Source: Ilumatobacteraceae bacterium
GTDB lineage: Bacteria; Actinomycetota; Acidimicrobiia; Acidimicrobiales; Ilumatobacteraceae
Length of the DNA: 64,000 bases
Direction: 5' to 3'
Assembly (NCBI GenBank): GCA_044361815.1
Contig: JBIKID010000001.1
Coordinates: 38,103-102,102 of the forward strand
The position numbers were made by a program, and so were the translations under genes. The notes under the pieces are model-generated. The model was not told the DNA's origin. It searched no databases and saw only the letters and a program-made list of their open reading frames with translations. Shown here one piece after another: positions 28,023 through 36,832 of the stretch (positions are counted from its first letter, which is position 1; every line of letters starts with the position of its first letter).

Positions 28023-29288
28023 GTGGTCGAGATGAGTGAAACTAAAACCAACTCAGCAATAAGTATCTTCATAGCGGCTTTTACTGGTGCATCAGTATTA
28101 TCCATTGCTGTCGCCTGGATTTACACTTCATATTTTCGAAATGATTTTGCGGCTTTGTTGGTCTTCTACGGAGAAGATGGCAACTGTGACGCAGTGACAC
28201 AAGGTTTCGGAGTGCATTGCTTTGGAGACTATTCGGCTATCCACTATTCAAACTTATTTCAGATGCCACAAGGTGCTGAGACTGTGTACCCATTAATTAC
28301 TAGAATTTTTCGGTTGCCCTTTTTGTTAATTGAATCAATCAGTAGCTACAGAGTTGGGCTTGTATGTTATTTATTAGCCCTTTTGGTTGCAATATTGTTT
28401 CCTGTTATACATTCGCACTTCACAGGTAGATCAAAACTCAAATTACCATTGTGGCTGTGCATTACCTGCCTCAATATCGGCACAATGAGTAGCTTAGATA
28501 GGGGAAATGTGATTGCGTTTGCGGTTCCATTTCTATACATGTTCTTGATTAAATTTCAAGCCGGTAGTTTGAAAAGTGCATCAACATATCTCACACTCGC
28601 AACCATGGTAAAACCACAACTTGCACTGTTTGCAATTGTATTTCTTTGGCGACGAGAAATAAAAACAATTGTTCAATTCTCGGTCACGTCAGTACTTGTG
28701 GTAATTGCACCCTATTTAGTTTTTGGAACTAGGAGCGTGACGGTATTGAGGGGTTGGATTAACTCAACAATTGAGTGGTCAAAATCACTTTCCCCTACGG
28801 CCGACTTTCCTACAAACTATTCGTTTAATAGAATCTTGGGAACAGTAGATTTAAACTACACAAAATTTAGTTTTATACTTGGATTTGCATTAGTAGTAAG
28901 TATTTCCATACCGATTGTAACTAAAAAGAAGAAGATTCAAGTAGTTGATTTAATTCAACTGGGTTTGGTACTAACTTGTATGAACTCAATTGTCTACGTT
29001 TACTATTCCGTTTTGCTGATACCGCTTTGGGTAATTCTTTTTTCTGAAGCACCAAATAATCCACCCGACGAAGAGGCAATCAATAAAGGTAATCAATTTG
29101 CGCCACTTCTGCTTGCTCTGGCTACGGCACCACTAGCTTGGCCATCACGATGGAGGATAGGCGATGATGTAAGCGCAGGAGGTGCATACAACATCATTCC
29201 AGTTCTCATAAGTATAAGTGTGGTTTTATTTGTTGCTTACACAATGGCATGTAACGTTCTTCCCCGTGCAAAGTACGAAGCTGAATAG
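28023..29288 (+). CDS. Polytopic membrane protein, GT-C / DUF2029 (GT87)-like glycosyltransferase (tentative)
   Basis: 421 aa with many hydrophobic segments. DRGNVIAFAVPFLYMF...MVKPQLALFAIVFLWRRE resembles PimE/DUF2029-type enzymes. AT-rich. Confidence 0.55.
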   Translation: MVEMSETKTNSAISIFIAAFTGASVLSIAVAWIYTSYFRNDFAALLVFYGEDGNCDAVTQGFGVHCFGDYSAIHYSNLFQMPQGAETVYPLITRIFRLPFLLIESISSYRVGLVCYLLALLVAILFPVIHSHFTGRSKLKLPLWLCITCLNIGTMSSLDRGNVIAFAVPFLYMFLIKFQAGSLKSASTYLTLATMVKPQLALFAIVFLWRREIKTIVQFSVTSVLVVIAPYLVFGTRSVTVLRGWINSTIEWSKSLSPTADFPTNYSFNRILGTVDLNYTKFSFILGFALVVSISIPIVTKKKKIQVVDLIQLGLVLTCMNSIVYVYYSVLLIPLWVILFSEAPNNPPDEEAINKGNQFAPLLLALATAPLAWPSRWRIGDDVSAGGAYNIIPVLISISVVLFVAYTMACNVLPRAKYEAE

Positions 29289-29300
29289 AGGGTATCGAAG

Positions 29301-30041
29301 ATGAAACCCAACGTGTTGATCATTACACCTGCGTACCAAGAGTGGAGCAATCTTTTAGAGCTTCTTCCACGAGTAGTTGAACAGTTATCCAAGTTTGATG
29401 AGCAGTCAAAGTGGTTGATTATCTGCGAAAACTTAATCACAAATAACACAGCTTATGATGATCTTGAGGTTATTGAGAATGTCGAAGTTTGCCGGAGGGA
29501 ACGCGGAAACGAAAGTTTTGCCGCAGCCCTGCAGATGGGTATAAATAGAATTTATTCCCACGAGTACATAGTTGTTATGGATGGAGACCAGTCGCACCAG
29601 CCAGAACAAATAGGAAAACTAGTGGATGTTTTATGTAAATTTGACGAAGTAGATATAGCAATATCTTCTAGGTACATCGATGGCGGAAGTACGGAAAATT
29701 CCCTTTTACTGAAAACCATGAGCAAGGTCCTTAATATTGTCTTTAGAAAATTTTTGAAACTCGATGCCAAAGATGTATCCACAAATTTTAAGGCATTCCG
29801 TGCACCGCTATTACGGAATGTCGAACTCGTCTCCAAAAACTTTGAGGCGGTAGAAGAATTGTTAATACATTGTGCGGTACGACTTGGACATTCTCCAAAC
29901 ATCCATGAGATACCTGATACTTTTACGACAAGAATTCACGGAGAATCTAAACGAAAGTTAGGTCAATTCATTGGCACATATTTGATGTCACTATTATTCT
30001 TGAAACGCAAGATCCGCAATCAAGCGACCAAGAATCCGTAA
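29301..30041 (+). CDS. Family 2 glycosyltransferase, DPM1/GtrB-like
   Basis: VLIITPAYQEWSN..., VVMDGDQSHQP (DxD-type), ISSRY..GG. Confidence 0.75.
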   Translation: MKPNVLIITPAYQEWSNLLELLPRVVEQLSKFDEQSKWLIICENLITNNTAYDDLEVIENVEVCRRERGNESFAAALQMGINRIYSHEYIVVMDGDQSHQPEQIGKLVDVLCKFDEVDIAISSRYIDGGSTENSLLLKTMSKVLNIVFRKFLKLDAKDVSTNFKAFRAPLLRNVELVSKNFEAVEELLIHCAVRLGHSPNIHEIPDTFTTRIHGESKRKLGQFIGTYLMSLLFLKRKIRNQATKNP

Positions 30042-30973
30042 TGACAGTTCTGGTAATCGGTGCCAGCGGATTCCTTGGCATGCATTTGATTAAACAATTA
30101 ACAAATTCTGGAAATGTCGTTATCGGGACTAAACGAAATGTTGGCGGAGCTGAAGATTTTGTACGAATTGATCTTGGCGCAAGAGATGAATACTTAATCA
30201 TAAATTCTTTGGTTGAACAGTATAAAATCACCAGCATGATTAATCTCGCTGCTAACGATGTGAGTCCAGCAGATCGGACAACAAAAGAAAACGAGAGTAG
30301 TTTCATCTTTTTCGAAAACTTATTTACAGTGCTCAGCACATTTAGAGATTTGAAACTTCTGCAAATTGGAACCAGTGTTCGGCCGAAAAGCGCAGATTCT
30401 TACTTCTCTGCAAAGTATAAGTTACGTAATTTGCTGGAAAATACGAGTTTAAAAAATCAAATTGCTGTCTTGGATCTACCAAAAGTTGTTGGTCCAGGGG
30501 AGCCGCTTGGGAGGTTCACATCAAACTTAATGCACTCAATAATTATGAGTGAAGGTCTAGTAGTTTTACACCCATGCCACAAAAGAAATTTTATAACGAT
30601 TAGTCAGGTGAGCAAGATTATCGTTGAGATTATTAAAAAATGGAACTCTGGTGACAGCGATTACCCTTCGCACCAGGCAGAGAATTTGTCGAATTTTGAG
30701 ATAGCCCAAGTCATCATGAAAAATGCAGGCCAAACAAACCACGGAATGTCACTTAGTCATGCTCCGGTAATTGAAGGGTGTGAAGTATGTGAATTTGATG
30801 AATCACCCCTACTGGTTAAGCCGGAATTTTTCGGGTCGAAAGAAGTCAATTATTTCTTGATGGCGAAAGATCAGTCTGTTAAGGAAGCTCTGTTGGAGCA
30901 GTTTGAAGCTCTTTCAATATCGCATCATAAAGCAATTAGCGATCAAAGGAATGAGTGTAATTCCAATGTCTAA
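30041..30973 (+). CDS. NAD(P)-dependent sugar epimerase/reductase (SDR); occupies the prt (rfbS, CDP-paratose synthase) position
   Basis: VLVIGASGFLGMHL Rossmann motif. Weak resemblance to RfbS as I recall it. Assignment rests mainly on gene order. Confidence 0.6.
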   Translation: MTVLVIGASGFLGMHLIKQLTNSGNVVIGTKRNVGGAEDFVRIDLGARDEYLIINSLVEQYKITSMINLAANDVSPADRTTKENESSFIFFENLFTVLSTFRDLKLLQIGTSVRPKSADSYFSAKYKLRNLLENTSLKNQIAVLDLPKVVGPGEPLGRFTSNLMHSIIMSEGLVVLHPCHKRNFITISQVSKIIVEIIKKWNSGDSDYPSHQAENLSNFEIAQVIMKNAGQTNHGMSLSHAPVIEGCEVCEFDESPLLVKPEFFGSKEVNYFLMAKDQSVKEALLEQFEALSISHHKAISDQRNECNSNV

Positions 30974-31982
30974 ATGGTTAGTTACTGGAGGCGCGGGATT
31001 TATTGGAACCAATTTAGTTCTGCGACTTCTTTTAGATGGCAATGAAGTGATTGTAATTGATGATCTCTCTCGAGAAGGAAGTATACAAAATTGGGCGTTA
31101 CTGCAGATGCAATCGAATTGTGATCTTCATCGTCTTGACGTAGCCGATCAAGCGAGTATTTACGGATTGTTGAGTTCAATTTCTGACCTCGACTACATAG
31201 TTCATCTTGCCGGTCAAGTTTCACTATTGCATTCGATTGAAGATCCACTGGCAGATTTTGCATCAAATGCAGCAGGCACGATATATCTCCTCGAAGCTGT
31301 GAGGAAGCACCATCCAAGTTCGCGGCTAATTTTCTCTAGTACCAATAAAGTTTATGGTGACCTTAGTGATCAGCGCATAGTTGAAACTGCTACAAAATAC
31401 GAAGCAACGGACTTTCCTTATGGAATGCCCACCAACTTGAAACTAGATTTTCACGGTGGATACGGATGCTCTAAAGGTGCAGCAGACCAATATGTACTTG
31501 ATTACAACCGCATTTTTGATCTAGACACAGTTGTATTCAGACAAAGTGCGATTTGCGGTAAGTTCCAACATCCGAAGGCTGACCAGGGTTGGGCTTCATT
31601 TCTGGTGAAGGAGACTCTTGCACGACGGCAAATTAACCTGAATGGAAGAGGTTTACAGGTTCGCGACTTGCTTGATGTCGAAGATTTGGTTGACTTGATT
31701 ATCACCGTTATGCAGTCAAAGAATCTAAAATCTAGAGTTTACAATGTTGGAGGTGGAGTTGAACGGTCACTGTCCTTAATGGAGCTTTTCACTGAATTGG
31801 AATCCAGAGGTTTCCATCCAAGTTATTCTTTTGGCAAAGAACGGCCTTCAGATCAAAAAGTGTTTGTCGCAGATATCAGGCCATTGCTCCTTGATTTCAA
31901 ATGGAGGCCAATGTTTAGTTTGCAGCAGATAATAGATCGTCTCATAAAGGAAGAATCGAAATTAGCCGGCGACCAACATTAA
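30951..31982 (+). CDS. CDP-paratose 2-epimerase (Tyv/RfbE)-like extended SDR
   Basis: LVTGGAGFIGTNL, HLAGQVS, SSTNKVYGDL, LDFHGGYGCSKGAADQYVLDY, RPSDQKVFVADI. These match the Salmonella Tyv motifs as I remember them. Start ATG 30951 or 30966 (the track start 30903 is inside the upstream gene). Confidence 0.78.
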   Translation: MSVIPMSKWLVTGGAGFIGTNLVLRLLLDGNEVIVIDDLSREGSIQNWALLQMQSNCDLHRLDVADQASIYGLLSSISDLDYIVHLAGQVSLLHSIEDPLADFASNAAGTIYLLEAVRKHHPSSRLIFSSTNKVYGDLSDQRIVETATKYEATDFPYGMPTNLKLDFHGGYGCSKGAADQYVLDYNRIFDLDTVVFRQSAICGKFQHPKADQGWASFLVKETLARRQINLNGRGLQVRDLLDVEDLVDLIITVMQSKNLKSRVYNVGGGVERSLSLMELFTELESRGFHPSYSFGKERPSDQKVFVADIRPLLLDFKWRPMFSLQQIIDRLIKEESKLAGDQH

Positions 31983-32119
31983 ACATGAGAATGTGTTAAC
32001 TCTGTACTTTGCTAACACACTCGGATATTTTCAATAATCTGATTTCAAAAACCAGCCTTACCTTGGCGATGAGAAAGTTGAGAATTTTTTGATCGACTAA
32101 AGCGGGCCAAGGGCACAAC

Positions 32120-33886
32120 CTAACCAAGGGTTAGCACCAGTATATTTTTGTTAGAAATTGACGAGATCAATCCGAGTGCTCGCAGGTTTGCGATGAGGTC
32201 AGCGCCTTTATCTTCGTATCCATTACGGTCAATCCAAATTGCTTCAAAACCGAGACTCCGAAGTTTTGCTACAAGGAGTTTTGGGTCGGTGGGCAGGGAA
32301 TTTTGCCATGCACCATCCCGCCCCTTGACACCCCCGTAACTCCATTGAAGAGTTGATGAGTGGAAAAAACCACGAAGATGTTTATAGTCAGTCATTTCGA
32401 CAACTGGTGGGTTCTCGGGAAATGGAACTATTGGAAGTTGGAAAATCATTGCATCGTTACCAAACTCAGTTTCGATTTTTTGAACCAAATAGCGGTCGTT
32501 TTGCCATGAGCGAGCCGTTTTTTCATACGAGGGAAGCGGATGACCAGGATTCATGTCCAAGAGAGCAACAGCACCAACGAGCATGAAGATCGTTATTGCA
32601 GTAATCTGCTTAAGCTTCGCAACCATTTGGTTAAGCAGAAGTACGGCACACACAATTGCAGGGAAAGCAATTACAACCGACATCCGAGACCAAACACGTA
32701 ATTGGGTGAATCCAAAAGCTGCAAAAATTTGAGCAAAGCCACCAACTGTGCTCACCAGTATTGCCATGAAGGCAAAGGATGACAATGCTGGCAACAGACT
32801 ATTCTTCTTTTGTGACAGGCGGAAGACCAAAACACACATAAGAACAAGAAGGCCAAATCCCCCGATTAATCCAATAGCTTCTGTCCCTTCACCAACCAAA
32901 TAAACCGGATTCGCTTTATTTCGAAGGTTCGCAAATTGAGGAATTCTGTGACCTCCAACTGGGAGTAATAGGTTTGAAATTTTTAGAGAGTAGTACTCCA
33001 CTTGTGCAATAGATCTTTGAACGATTGACAGATTGCTTCCATTTTGTTTTTGATACAACCAGATTGGGAAATACTGAACGGCCATAGTGGAAGTTGCTAA
33101 GCAAAGCGCCCACGCTATTGGGAGCCACTGAAATGGACCGGACTGTTTAATCCAGCGGAAAGCAAGAATAGGTGTTGCAAGTATGAGAAAAAAGAAGGCG
33201 TAGTACAAACCAGTCGAAGCGGCAGATATTGAGATGGCGGCTATCACCAAAGTTGAAGGCTGACGACACCACCTGATGAGAACAGACCGAGAATTAGAAT
33301 GGGGCAGGACAGCACAAATACTGTCTCCTGACAATTCCCTTATCAGAAATGCAGCCCAAAGGGGCACAGCCCAGTAAGCAGACAAATAAAGATGGCCAGG
33401 ACCGTGTTGAAAATGGTAAGGGAGAAAAGAAAATATGACACCTATAAGCACGGCTGCCGGTCGCTTAATTTTGAGCATTCGAGCACCGATGTAACCACCT
33501 GCTGTTGTGAAAAGGTACGTTCCAAAGAAGAAAAGGTTAAAAGTCAACACTTCACTTCGAAGTAATTTCACACCTACCCACAACATTGCTAAGTGCAGGT
33601 TGTCAGCCACTGCAGGAAAGTCGTGTAGGTCCTGCCCGAATGGAGCTCCTAATTGTTTAGTCGACCAGTACCATTGCCCAAATCTCATATTCCTCAAGCC
33701 ATTAAGTGTCAGAAGTCCATCACCCGAATAGAGAATGGGAACTCTTGGGTGAAGGTGCCAAAGCTGAAATAAGTAAACGAGGGCTGCAATAGTTATTGAA
33801 ATTGCAATTACTAAGGCCCAAAGTTCTGAACGCAAATTGAATCCAATGGCAGGCTGAGCATCATCAGTAATTTGAGTCGGCGACAT
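32120..33886 (-). CDS. Large polytopic membrane protein with a C-terminal soluble domain (GT-C-like by architecture only)
   Basis: 588 aa. About 12 hydrophobic segments, then a ~130-aa hydrophilic tail. No family recognised by eye. Confidence 0.5.
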   Translation of the reverse strand: MSPTQITDDAQPAIGFNLRSELWALVIAISITIAALVYLFQLWHLHPRVPILYSGDGLLTLNGLRNMRFGQWYWSTKQLGAPFGQDLHDFPAVADNLHLAMLWVGVKLLRSEVLTFNLFFFGTYLFTTAGGYIGARMLKIKRPAAVLIGVIFSFLPYHFQHGPGHLYLSAYWAVPLWAAFLIRELSGDSICAVLPHSNSRSVLIRWCRQPSTLVIAAISISAASTGLYYAFFFLILATPILAFRWIKQSGPFQWLPIAWALCLATSTMAVQYFPIWLYQKQNGSNLSIVQRSIAQVEYYSLKISNLLLPVGGHRIPQFANLRNKANPVYLVGEGTEAIGLIGGFGLLVLMCVLVFRLSQKKNSLLPALSSFAFMAILVSTVGGFAQIFAAFGFTQLRVWSRMSVVIAFPAIVCAVLLLNQMVAKLKQITAITIFMLVGAVALLDMNPGHPLPSYEKTARSWQNDRYLVQKIETEFGNDAMIFQLPIVPFPENPPVVEMTDYKHLRGFFHSSTLQWSYGGVKGRDGAWQNSLPTDPKLLVAKLRSLGFEAIWIDRNGYEDKGADLIANLRALGLISSISNKNILVLTLG

Positions 33887-33903
33887 TCCTACAATGTAGA
33901 TGA

Positions 33904-35664
33904 ATGTCGAGCAGCCTGATGACCGCCAAGAAGTTTGCTCCGCATGCGTGCCTTGCGGCAGTTATTGGGATGTTGGTATGGCTTCTATGGCCTGTACTTG
34001 GGACACCTTATGTCGCTGATGATATACCTAATTCCCAGCGGTCCGCTGGACTGGCTGCAGCCCGTGAAAGTCTCATTGACTTTACATTCCGACTAACTCG
34101 TCAGTGGATGAAAAATGAGGGGCGTTTTTTCCCTATGTCAGTATTTGAGAACTCACTCCTCTTTCATACTGTTCATAGTCGATTGATATATAAATCACTT
34201 CAATTAATGTTCGTACTGTTCCTTGCGCTTAGCTTGGCAGCGCTTGTGCAGTTGTTAACGCGCAATTGGCGGGCGGCTTTACTGACAGTAATTTTCTTTA
34301 GTGTTGCCCTGCAGGTCCGTGTTTGGTACGACCCAACAATTAGCTTTGGGCTTCTTCTACCTTCAACAGGAATCAAGGCAGTACTGGCTTTATGTTTTGT
34401 AGTTATTGGAATTCGCGCTAAAAGAAAATCATCGACTGTTCTGTATTTCGGCGGCGCAGCAGCTCTGTGGTGCTTAGCACTTATGCAATATGAGGTGGTT
34501 ATTTTTCTCGGCTCCATTGGGGTTCTCATAAGTTTTCACGAAACCAATGGAGTAAAAATAAAGCGAATCGCTGGCGCTTTATCGCTAGTCATACCATCAT
34601 TCTTTTTCTTAATAGCCTCTAGATTGATTCGCAACGGAGTGGTAGCAAGCCCAGCATATGCAACAAATTTAGATATGGGTATTGTCCTGCAAACGCTCAA
34701 GCACCAGATAATAGGTGCTATCCCTTTATCCGTACCGTATTCGCGTGTTGATAAGCGATTAGCAATAGGTGGAGCAATTACGCAGCTATCAGGAGTTCAA
34801 ATAGTTCTCTGTATTGCAATGACCTCTGTAGTTTCTCTCATCATTTGGCAACTCAAATACACTCCTCTTAAAACACGGCTCTTTCTTTTATGCAGTGGAA
34901 TCGTTCTATTGATTTTTCCCGCAGTACCAACATCTTTATCGGTGAGGTGGCAGATGGAAGTCGGACCGGGTAATGCATATCTTCCCGTCATGCTCCAGTA
35001 TCTAGGAACAAGTTTGTTGCTTTTGTTTTTTGTAATGGAATTCAAGAATGTCATTACACCCAAATCTCATAAACGAAGTGTTTTGGTTTCACTATGTATC
35101 GCCAGTTTGTCTTTCGCAATTGGCGCTATGAGCGTCATTGCTATTTCCACAAATAGATCAGGCATAGAGTATGCCAGTGAGTTTTACTCTGGATTTCGTG
35201 TAGATCGAGAAATTTTTGAGGCAGCTGTAAGGAGAGACTTGATACCTGGTTCATTGTCGGGCGGGGTATTCATGTCAGCTGCCTATGATCCAGCGCTTTG
35301 GGTAAATGTTGAATACATACACTGGCTCGGAGGCCCGGTGCTTTCTACCCTTGGAAAGCCACAAACTCTTATTGCATGCAAAAATGTCGGGGAAGAAATC
35401 TGTCAAAAAGAACTCGGAGGGATGTATTTTCTTGAGCACAGTCAATCTGGGGCACCAACAGCTGTTTTTGCTGTCATCCGGAACTGGTGGAAAGTACCGA
35501 CGAAGAGCGAAGACCTTTTAGATCTTTGGTCGATTGCAAGTGATCGCGATGATCTCTTATGCGGGATAGTCAAAGCTGAAAAGCAAGGAGAGTGGTGGGT
35601 GGGTCGTTGCTCAATTGGTGATGGGGTCATTCTTGAAAAGATTAAGTCGCAGTATTCCCTGTAG
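33904..35664 (+). CDS. Large polytopic membrane protein with a C-terminal soluble domain (GT-C-like by architecture only)
   Basis: 586 aa, same architecture as 32120-33886 but with no obvious sequence similarity to it. Its start lies only 17 nt from the divergent neighbour's start. Confidence 0.5.
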   Translation: MSSSLMTAKKFAPHACLAAVIGMLVWLLWPVLGTPYVADDIPNSQRSAGLAAARESLIDFTFRLTRQWMKNEGRFFPMSVFENSLLFHTVHSRLIYKSLQLMFVLFLALSLAALVQLLTRNWRAALLTVIFFSVALQVRVWYDPTISFGLLLPSTGIKAVLALCFVVIGIRAKRKSSTVLYFGGAAALWCLALMQYEVVIFLGSIGVLISFHETNGVKIKRIAGALSLVIPSFFFLIASRLIRNGVVASPAYATNLDMGIVLQTLKHQIIGAIPLSVPYSRVDKRLAIGGAITQLSGVQIVLCIAMTSVVSLIIWQLKYTPLKTRLFLLCSGIVLLIFPAVPTSLSVRWQMEVGPGNAYLPVMLQYLGTSLLLLFFVMEFKNVITPKSHKRSVLVSLCIASLSFAIGAMSVIAISTNRSGIEYASEFYSGFRVDREIFEAAVRRDLIPGSLSGGVFMSAAYDPALWVNVEYIHWLGGPVLSTLGKPQTLIACKNVGEEICQKELGGMYFLEHSQSGAPTAVFAVIRNWWKVPTKSEDLLDLWSIASDRDDLLCGIVKAEKQGEWWVGRCSIGDGVILEKIKSQYSL

Positions 35665-35970
35665 TGACTTCTTGCTTGCGTATCGGATAAACAGAGAGCG
35701 ATATTTGCAACACAACAAGGTCCTCCCAAAAGCGATGTACATGTAGGCCAACTAGAAAGAAGTCTGGGTTCCACAATTCTAAAGGTTGACCACGCGGCAT
35801 GAGCAAAAAGGGCGAGGATCCACTTGTATGTAGTTAAAGACCATTGAAGAATGCCATTTGAGTCTTTCCATAACTAAAAGTTAGCAACGAAGAACACGCA
35901 CAATTCGAATGCAGCGACGTAATTAGGCGAGCTGCGCGTTAAAGATCATCGATTGAACAAAATCTCAACG

Positions 35971-36765
35971 TCAACGGTTTAGGAAGGTCCTCGTCAGACA
36001 CTTAAATGCACGAAAGGGAAACAGGACCAGTCTTCCAACTCGCCAAGTTCGTGAATTTCTAATGCTCTGGAGTTCTCCCATCGCGTTCGCAAGACGGTTA
36101 CGCAGGACGAAAAGGTTATCCTCAGCTAATTTCATGGTCTCTGCTCTTGGTGCTAGGTACCGTAACTGTGCGGTGAGGATAAGATTTTCTTCCTCTAAAT
36201 CAAAAATATACTGAGCACGAATAGTTTTGTCTCGAATGTGGTCTGGAGTTTTGGTATTCCGTGAACGCACTGGTGTTAAGGCATCTTCGTTTAACTTGCC
36301 TACGGGGGGCGAAATCTCACGAATTAGAATTGAATCGTTGAGAAAATCTTGCCGGCGGATTGCGGTGATGAAGAATTGGTCCTGTGACTGTTTTGGATTA
36401 GAGTCAGTACGGGGTTTGGTAAACAAAATTATGTTTGCAAGAACAATATCAACTTCATTCTGAGTAAATTCTCTCTTCAGATCACCGCATGCGCTAGAGA
36501 AGAGCTCTATGCCCCTTGGCAAGAGGGCAAGAACTTCTGAACTACCTGCTGTTCGATGTCGGTCACCCTCATTACAGATAACCGATATACGGGGATTGTC
36601 GTGAGTGAACTGAATTTTTAAAGTTTCATCAGTTATATCCGGAAGTCTTACTTCAAGGCTCCATGAAAACTCATCTTGCTGACGTAAAGATGTAACTGTA
36701 CGCAACAATGCTGGATCTTCAAGCGAATCCGCCAAGATAATGAAAGTAATAAAAACATTTTCCAT
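35971..36765 (-). CDS. Degenerate GT2-like N-domain fused to a coiled coil with a TWR-x7-PFR tail (module C)
   Basis: N-terminus FITFIILADSLEDPALLRTVTSLRQQ resembles a GT2 start but has no clear DxD. C-terminus ...ELQSIRNSRTWRVGRLVLFPFRAF. Confidence 0.5.
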   Translation of the reverse strand: MENVFITFIILADSLEDPALLRTVTSLRQQDEFSWSLEVRLPDITDETLKIQFTHDNPRISVICNEGDRHRTAGSSEVLALLPRGIELFSSACGDLKREFTQNEVDIVLANIILFTKPRTDSNPKQSQDQFFITAIRRQDFLNDSILIREISPPVGKLNEDALTPVRSRNTKTPDHIRDKTIRAQYIFDLEEENLILTAQLRYLAPRAETMKLAEDNLFVLRNRLANAMGELQSIRNSRTWRVGRLVLFPFRAFKCLTRTFLNR

Positions 36766-36832
36766 GGATACCGAAGAGGATAGGCGCTTAATGTGCCACT
36801 GGTATGCCTATGCTTTTTTCGTGGCAGTTGGG

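Noticed and set aside
30903-30950. Upstream extension of the Tyv-like gene (track start 30903) and similar long N-terminal extensions at 10010, 26644, 36740, 41018, 41505, 57375 and 59013.
   Set aside because: The extensions overlap the preceding gene or a tRNA, or precede the conserved N-terminal Rossmann or other family motif. Downstream in-frame ATG/GTG starts give canonical protein N-termini.
35665-35970. 300-nt gap between convergent genes (also 45011-45201), inspected for small RNAs, terminators or gene remnants.
   Set aside because: I found no convincing stem-loop plus U-tract, no tRNA-like structure and no protein similarity. The overlapping 110-aa ORF (35442-35774, -) looks like a shadow of the membrane-protein gene.
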